From the IMG/VR virus record IMGVR_UViG_3300011422_000012, positions 1-36,182 of that record: a stretch of 36,182 nucleotides of DNA. One strand, given 5' to 3'. The stretch is from a virus (lineage: Duplodnaviria > Caudoviricetes). A model generated the notes under the pieces. That model ran no database searches, was not told where the DNA came from, and was given only the letters and a program-made list of their open reading frames with translations. Position 1 is the stretch's first letter. Each line of letters starts with the position of its first letter. A program made the position numbers and the translations under genes. This document shows, piece after piece, positions 32,945-36,182 of this stretch.

Positions 32945-33907
32945 ATGAAGCGCTCTTGGTTCTTGTTGGGAGTGTTCATGCTCTTGGTCCCGCTCGCCGC
33001 ACGTGCCGACTTCAGGGACGTGACGCTCGGTACGATGAGCGAGTTTCAGCAGTGCCTGATGGCGTCGGAGGATTTTACGCCCGAGCAGTTGCTGGCAATC
33101 AGTCAGTGCTTCGAGGACACGTTCACGGAGCCAATCATAGATCCCCCGCCCCCGGACCCGGAGCCGGAGGAGCCGCCGCCGACTGGCTTTGCCCCATGCA
33201 GTGGGAACCAGAGCCAAGCAGGCGTGGACGGGTGGGACGACTGGTGTACGGACGAATCACGAAACTTCCGCACGCTAGCCGGCGGCGTTCTCGGCATGAA
33301 CTCCAACGCCGAGGCCGCGCGCAATCGCTTTCCGTGCGTCAACAAGGGTGTCGCTCCACCCACGACCGGAAGCAACCGTGTCGTGATGACCTGCGATCTC
33401 AAGTTTCCCGGGGACTGGCTTCAGGGCATCAGTCTCGGCGGGCAGCACCTATTCAAGATCGGCGAGGGGCCGATCGCGTGCCGGACTGGCGGGACGACCG
33501 AGCCCGATCACCTGCGCTTTGACTTCGGGTGCTTCAACGTGACGAACGCGGACGGCTCGACTGGCAACGGTTTCAAGGACGGATTTCGCGTGCTCGTCTA
33601 TTGGAAGGTGGCAGGGCAGACCCACAAGGAAACGTGGTTTTCATCCTCGACCAAAATGCCGGACGTGTTCAAGCCGGACGTGTGGACACCCTTCCGCGCC
33701 GACTGCAAGTACGACCCGTCGACCGGGCGTGCTGACCTGACCATGACAATCGGTGGGATTACGCGCACAACGTCTCAGATACTTGAAAAAGATGGAGTCG
33801 TTGGCAAGGGTATCACGAAGAAGATCGGCGACTCGATCGGCTTCGGTAACGTGGATCAGCGCGAGGGTGACCTAGAGATTCGCAACCTTCAATACAAGTC
33901 GAACTGA
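32945..33907 (+). CDS. secreted protein (signal peptide, Pro-rich linker, beta-jelly-roll-like domain)
   Basis: MKRSWFLLGVFMLLVPLAARA-DF signal with AxA site; DPPPPDPEPEEPPP linker; multiple Cys; GGAG SD. Confidence 0.7.
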   Translation: MKRSWFLLGVFMLLVPLAARADFRDVTLGTMSEFQQCLMASEDFTPEQLLAISQCFEDTFTEPIIDPPPPDPEPEEPPPTGFAPCSGNQSQAGVDGWDDWCTDESRNFRTLAGGVLGMNSNAEAARNRFPCVNKGVAPPTTGSNRVVMTCDLKFPGDWLQGISLGGQHLFKIGEGPIACRTGGTTEPDHLRFDFGCFNVTNADGSTGNGFKDGFRVLVYWKVAGQTHKETWFSSSTKMPDVFKPDVWTPFRADCKYDPSTGRADLTMTIGGITRTTSQILEKDGVVGKGITKKIGDSIGFGNVDQREGDLEIRNLQYKSN

Positions 33908-33918
33908 AAGGAATAACC

Positions 33919-34425
33919 ATGGACGACCTGCTGTACTTTCCGGCGTGGTTGCTCGGGGCGATCCCCATCGCCATCACGCTAATGAAAATCTGGGTGCCGA
34001 CGCTCTGGCGCGAGGTCCTGGCCGCGGTCATCGCGGCAGTGGCGACTGTGTACGTGGTCGTTACCACGCCGCTCACGTTGCAAGCCGGGCTCCACGAGGG
34101 CATGGCCCTGTTCGTCATCCTCACGGGTACGCGCGCGGCTATCGCCGGCGCGACGAACATCGCCAAGGCCAAGGCTGCTGGCGTGCCGATGATAACGACG
34201 GATGGAAAGACGATCCGGGACGCTCAGAAGCTGAGCATTCTGGCGCTGTTCCTCGTCGGTGCGGTATTCATTGGGCGCGCATGGGCTCAGGATCCTGACT
34301 CATCGCTCGTGATGGTGGCGGGGCCGGCCCACGAAGTCGCTAAGGAGACTGGCCGCGTATGGGTCATCGTGATTTCGCAGGTGATCTCGAAGTTCTTCGA
34401 CTTCGCGTTTAGGAAGTGGCTCTAA
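33919..34425 (+). CDS. multi-pass membrane protein, holin candidate
   Basis: Three to four hydrophobic segments; AAGGA SD; near amidase. Confidence 0.6.
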   Translation: MDDLLYFPAWLLGAIPIAITLMKIWVPTLWREVLAAVIAAVATVYVVVTTPLTLQAGLHEGMALFVILTGTRAAIAGATNIAKAKAAGVPMITTDGKTIRDAQKLSILALFLVGAVFIGRAWAQDPDSSLVMVAGPAHEVAKETGRVWVIVISQVISKFFDFAFRKWL

Positions 34426-34448
34426 CCTGCCACTAGAAAGGGGGTGCG

Positions 34449-34979
34449 ATGGAACAGGATCGGGGGCGCAGGGATAGAGACCATGAGTTCAAGGAAGCTC
34501 ATCTGCGCACCCTGAAAGGCATAGAGAAGCATTTTGCCGAGCTGGTTGAAATTTTCTCCTCGCCTTCGCATAGCAAGGCGGGGCTGGGGTTCTTTGTCCG
34601 AGAGATCCAAGGAAAGAGGTTTACGATGATTACTCGACCGCCGATCGTCATGCTCGATGTTGAGCGCGTGCTGGTGTCAGTGGCCCCCCGAAAGCCCAAC
34701 GGTGATCCCGATCCGACCGTACAGGTTGCCTGGGCGAGTTCGGACCCCGCGCAGGTGGGGGTCGAAGTCTTGCCCGAGCACGAGGGTCTCGATGCCGAGG
34801 GGCTCCCGATCACGATCCCTGGAACCCACGAGGCTTGGCTCTTGACGCCCCTCGATCGCGGGGCAGCGGATGTCACGATTTCTGCCCCGGGGTACGAGAC
34901 GACACTTCAGCCGTTGAGCTACGAGCCCGGGGTTCCGGGACAGCTCAACGTTTCGGTAGGTACTCCCGTACCTGACTAA
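34449..34979 (+). CDS. Ig-like (BIG2-type) domain protein
   Basis: VLVSVAP...VAWASSDPAQVGV...GAADVTISA; alternative start ATG 34626. Confidence 0.6.
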   Translation: MEQDRGRRDRDHEFKEAHLRTLKGIEKHFAELVEIFSSPSHSKAGLGFFVREIQGKRFTMITRPPIVMLDVERVLVSVAPRKPNGDPDPTVQVAWASSDPAQVGVEVLPEHEGLDAEGLPITIPGTHEAWLLTPLDRGAADVTISAPGYETTLQPLSYEPGVPGQLNVSVGTPVPD

Positions 34980-35076
34980 CTAAGAACCACCGTCTACCGC
35001 GGCGTGCGGTCCCCGGGATCTGGTGAACCCGGCCCGCCCGAGCGCCCCGACACGCTCGGCTCTGGATGACCTCCCC

Positions 35077-35101
35077 GGGGGCGCCGCGGCCCCTCTTTTT
35101 T
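35077..35101 (+). terminator. putative intrinsic terminator
   Basis: GGGGGC-gccgcg-GCCCCT stem followed by CTTTTTT. Confidence 0.55.
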
Positions 35102-35118
35102 CGCGGGATAGACACTTC

Positions 35119-35134
35119 GTGGCAACCGGAGAAA
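35119..35134 (+). promoter_or_regulatory. leader motif copy 5 (GTGGCAACCGGAGAAA)
   Basis: Exact 10-mer core in loop of CTTCG/CGGAG stem; T35120 is 24 nt before GTG 35144. Confidence 0.75.
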
Positions 35135-35143
35135 TGACATGAA

Positions 35144-35563
35144 GTGGCCTCGTTCAACAAGTTTGAATCGTTCGTCGAGAAGCTGGCGGAAGGTGAGCAC
35201 AACCTGGGCACCAATACGCTCAAAATCTACCTGACCGACGCGACGCCGAGCGCATCGCTGGATCTGCTGAAGGCGGACCTAGCCGAGATCACGCCGCAGA
35301 ACGGCTACCCGGCGGGCGGCACGGCGGTCACGGTGACGAGTTCGTCTCAGACGGCGGGCACCTACTCGCTGGCGCAGTCGGCGGACGTGGTGTTCACCGC
35401 CTCGGGCGGTAGCTTCGGCCCGTTCCGTTACGCGGTGCTCTACAACGATACCCACGCTTCCGACGCGCTGATCGGGTGGTGGGACTACGGCTCGAGCGTC
35501 TCGTGCAACACCGGCGAGACCTTTACCGTGGATCTGGCGGCGACGATTATCACGATAGTCTAG
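35144..35563 (+). CDS. conserved phage virion (tail-fibre-associated) protein
   Basis: MASFNKF..FVE.LAE..HNLG..TLKIYLT...NGYPAGG...GPFRYAVLYNDT...LIGWWDYG...GETFTVD family pattern. Confidence 0.75.
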   Translation: MASFNKFESFVEKLAEGEHNLGTNTLKIYLTDATPSASLDLLKADLAEITPQNGYPAGGTAVTVTSSSQTAGTYSLAQSADVVFTASGGSFGPFRYAVLYNDTHASDALIGWWDYGSSVSCNTGETFTVDLAATIITIV

Positions 35564-35567
35564 CGCC

Positions 35568-36182
35568 ATGGCGCTCACTCAATCTCATTACCGCTTCGGC
35601 GTTGACGAGCTAGCCGAGTCAACGCACGGCTGGCACGCTGCCGAAGATACGCCCGTGCTCATGGCGCCGGGCGTTACCTTTTTGCTGCGCTTCTGCGTGC
35701 AGGCGAACGCCACCGGTCTCTCCAACGTTGATAACGAGTTCCAATACTCGCTGAATGGCGGCGCCTGGACCAACATCACCACGACCTCGTCCGTGGTCAA
35801 GGCCATTGCCGCAACCGCCCTAACGAACGGCTCGAACTGCACACAGCGGCTATCCGGCACCGGGACCTTCGAGAGCTCGGCCGCGGGGCAGACCGAGGAC
35901 GGGATCAGCGGGGGAAACAGTAACGACATCGCGGCGAACGGCAACTCGGAAACCGAGTGCGGCTTGCAGCTCGTGGCCGCCGACGTGGTCAAAGACGATG
36001 CGATCTCGTTCCGCCTGACCCGCGACGGCGGGACGCTCCTCGATACCTATACGCAGATCGCCGCTCTACTGGTCAGCGAGAGCTTTAGCCTCGTTGCCGA
36101 TACCACGTCCTACGCCTACACGCCTGCGGCGGCGACGCTGAAGCAAGTCCGGCTGATCTCGCCGGCATCGGGCACGGTCATA
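35568..36182 (+). CDS. virion structural protein, partial (runs off window)
   Basis: Own translation MALTQSHYRFGVDE...FLLRFCVQ...FQYSLNGGAWTNI...; Thr/Ser/Gly-rich, open to window end. Confidence 0.7.
   Translation, partial: MALTQSHYRFGVDELAESTHGWHAAEDTPVLMAPGVTFLLRFCVQANATGLSNVDNEFQYSLNGGAWTNITTTSSVVKAIAATALTNGSNCTQRLSGTGTFESSAAGQTEDGISGGNSNDIAANGNSETECGLQLVAADVVKDDAISFRLTRDGGTLLDTYTQIAALLVSESFSLVADTTSYAYTPAAATLKQVRLISPASGTVI

Noticed and set aside
9212-35134. Repeated motif as CRISPR repeats, att sites or transposon ends
   Set aside because: Copies are 10-16 bp, kilobases apart, same orientation and tied to start codons; no array, cas gene, recombinase or transposase in the window.
26198-36182. 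Diversity-generating retroelement or invertible tail-fibre cassette
   Set aside because: No reverse transcriptase, invertase or ~100-bp template/variable repeat pair noticed; a self dot-plot would be needed to exclude it fully.

Overview
A GC-rich, single-orientation (+ strand) 36-kb segment of a tailed dsDNA phage or prophage (siphovirus-like: tail tube and long tape measure, no sheath; no host genes, integrase or att site visible). Order: small early/replication genes (PD-(D/E)XK nuclease, DUF1376 replication protein, LexA-type and XRE HTH proteins, NUMOD3 protein), TylF-like methyltransferase and glycosyltransferase, terminase large subunit, portal-MuF fusion, double LamG protein, HK97-type protease, major capsid, neck, tail, amidase lysis cassette, then more virion-type genes. 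The most striking unexplained signal is non-coding. A motif (G)TGGCAACCGG sits 24 nt (23 for portal) upstream of the non-ATG starts of five structural genes. A ~195-nt structured intergenic element after the capsid gene carries a near-exact antisense copy of it, suggesting a phage RNA-guided translational control system. Also notable: a UCC-UUU-CGU +1 frameshift candidate in the tail assembly chaperone and an in-frame TAA in the head-tail adaptor. All product calls are from motif recognition by eye, not database searches.
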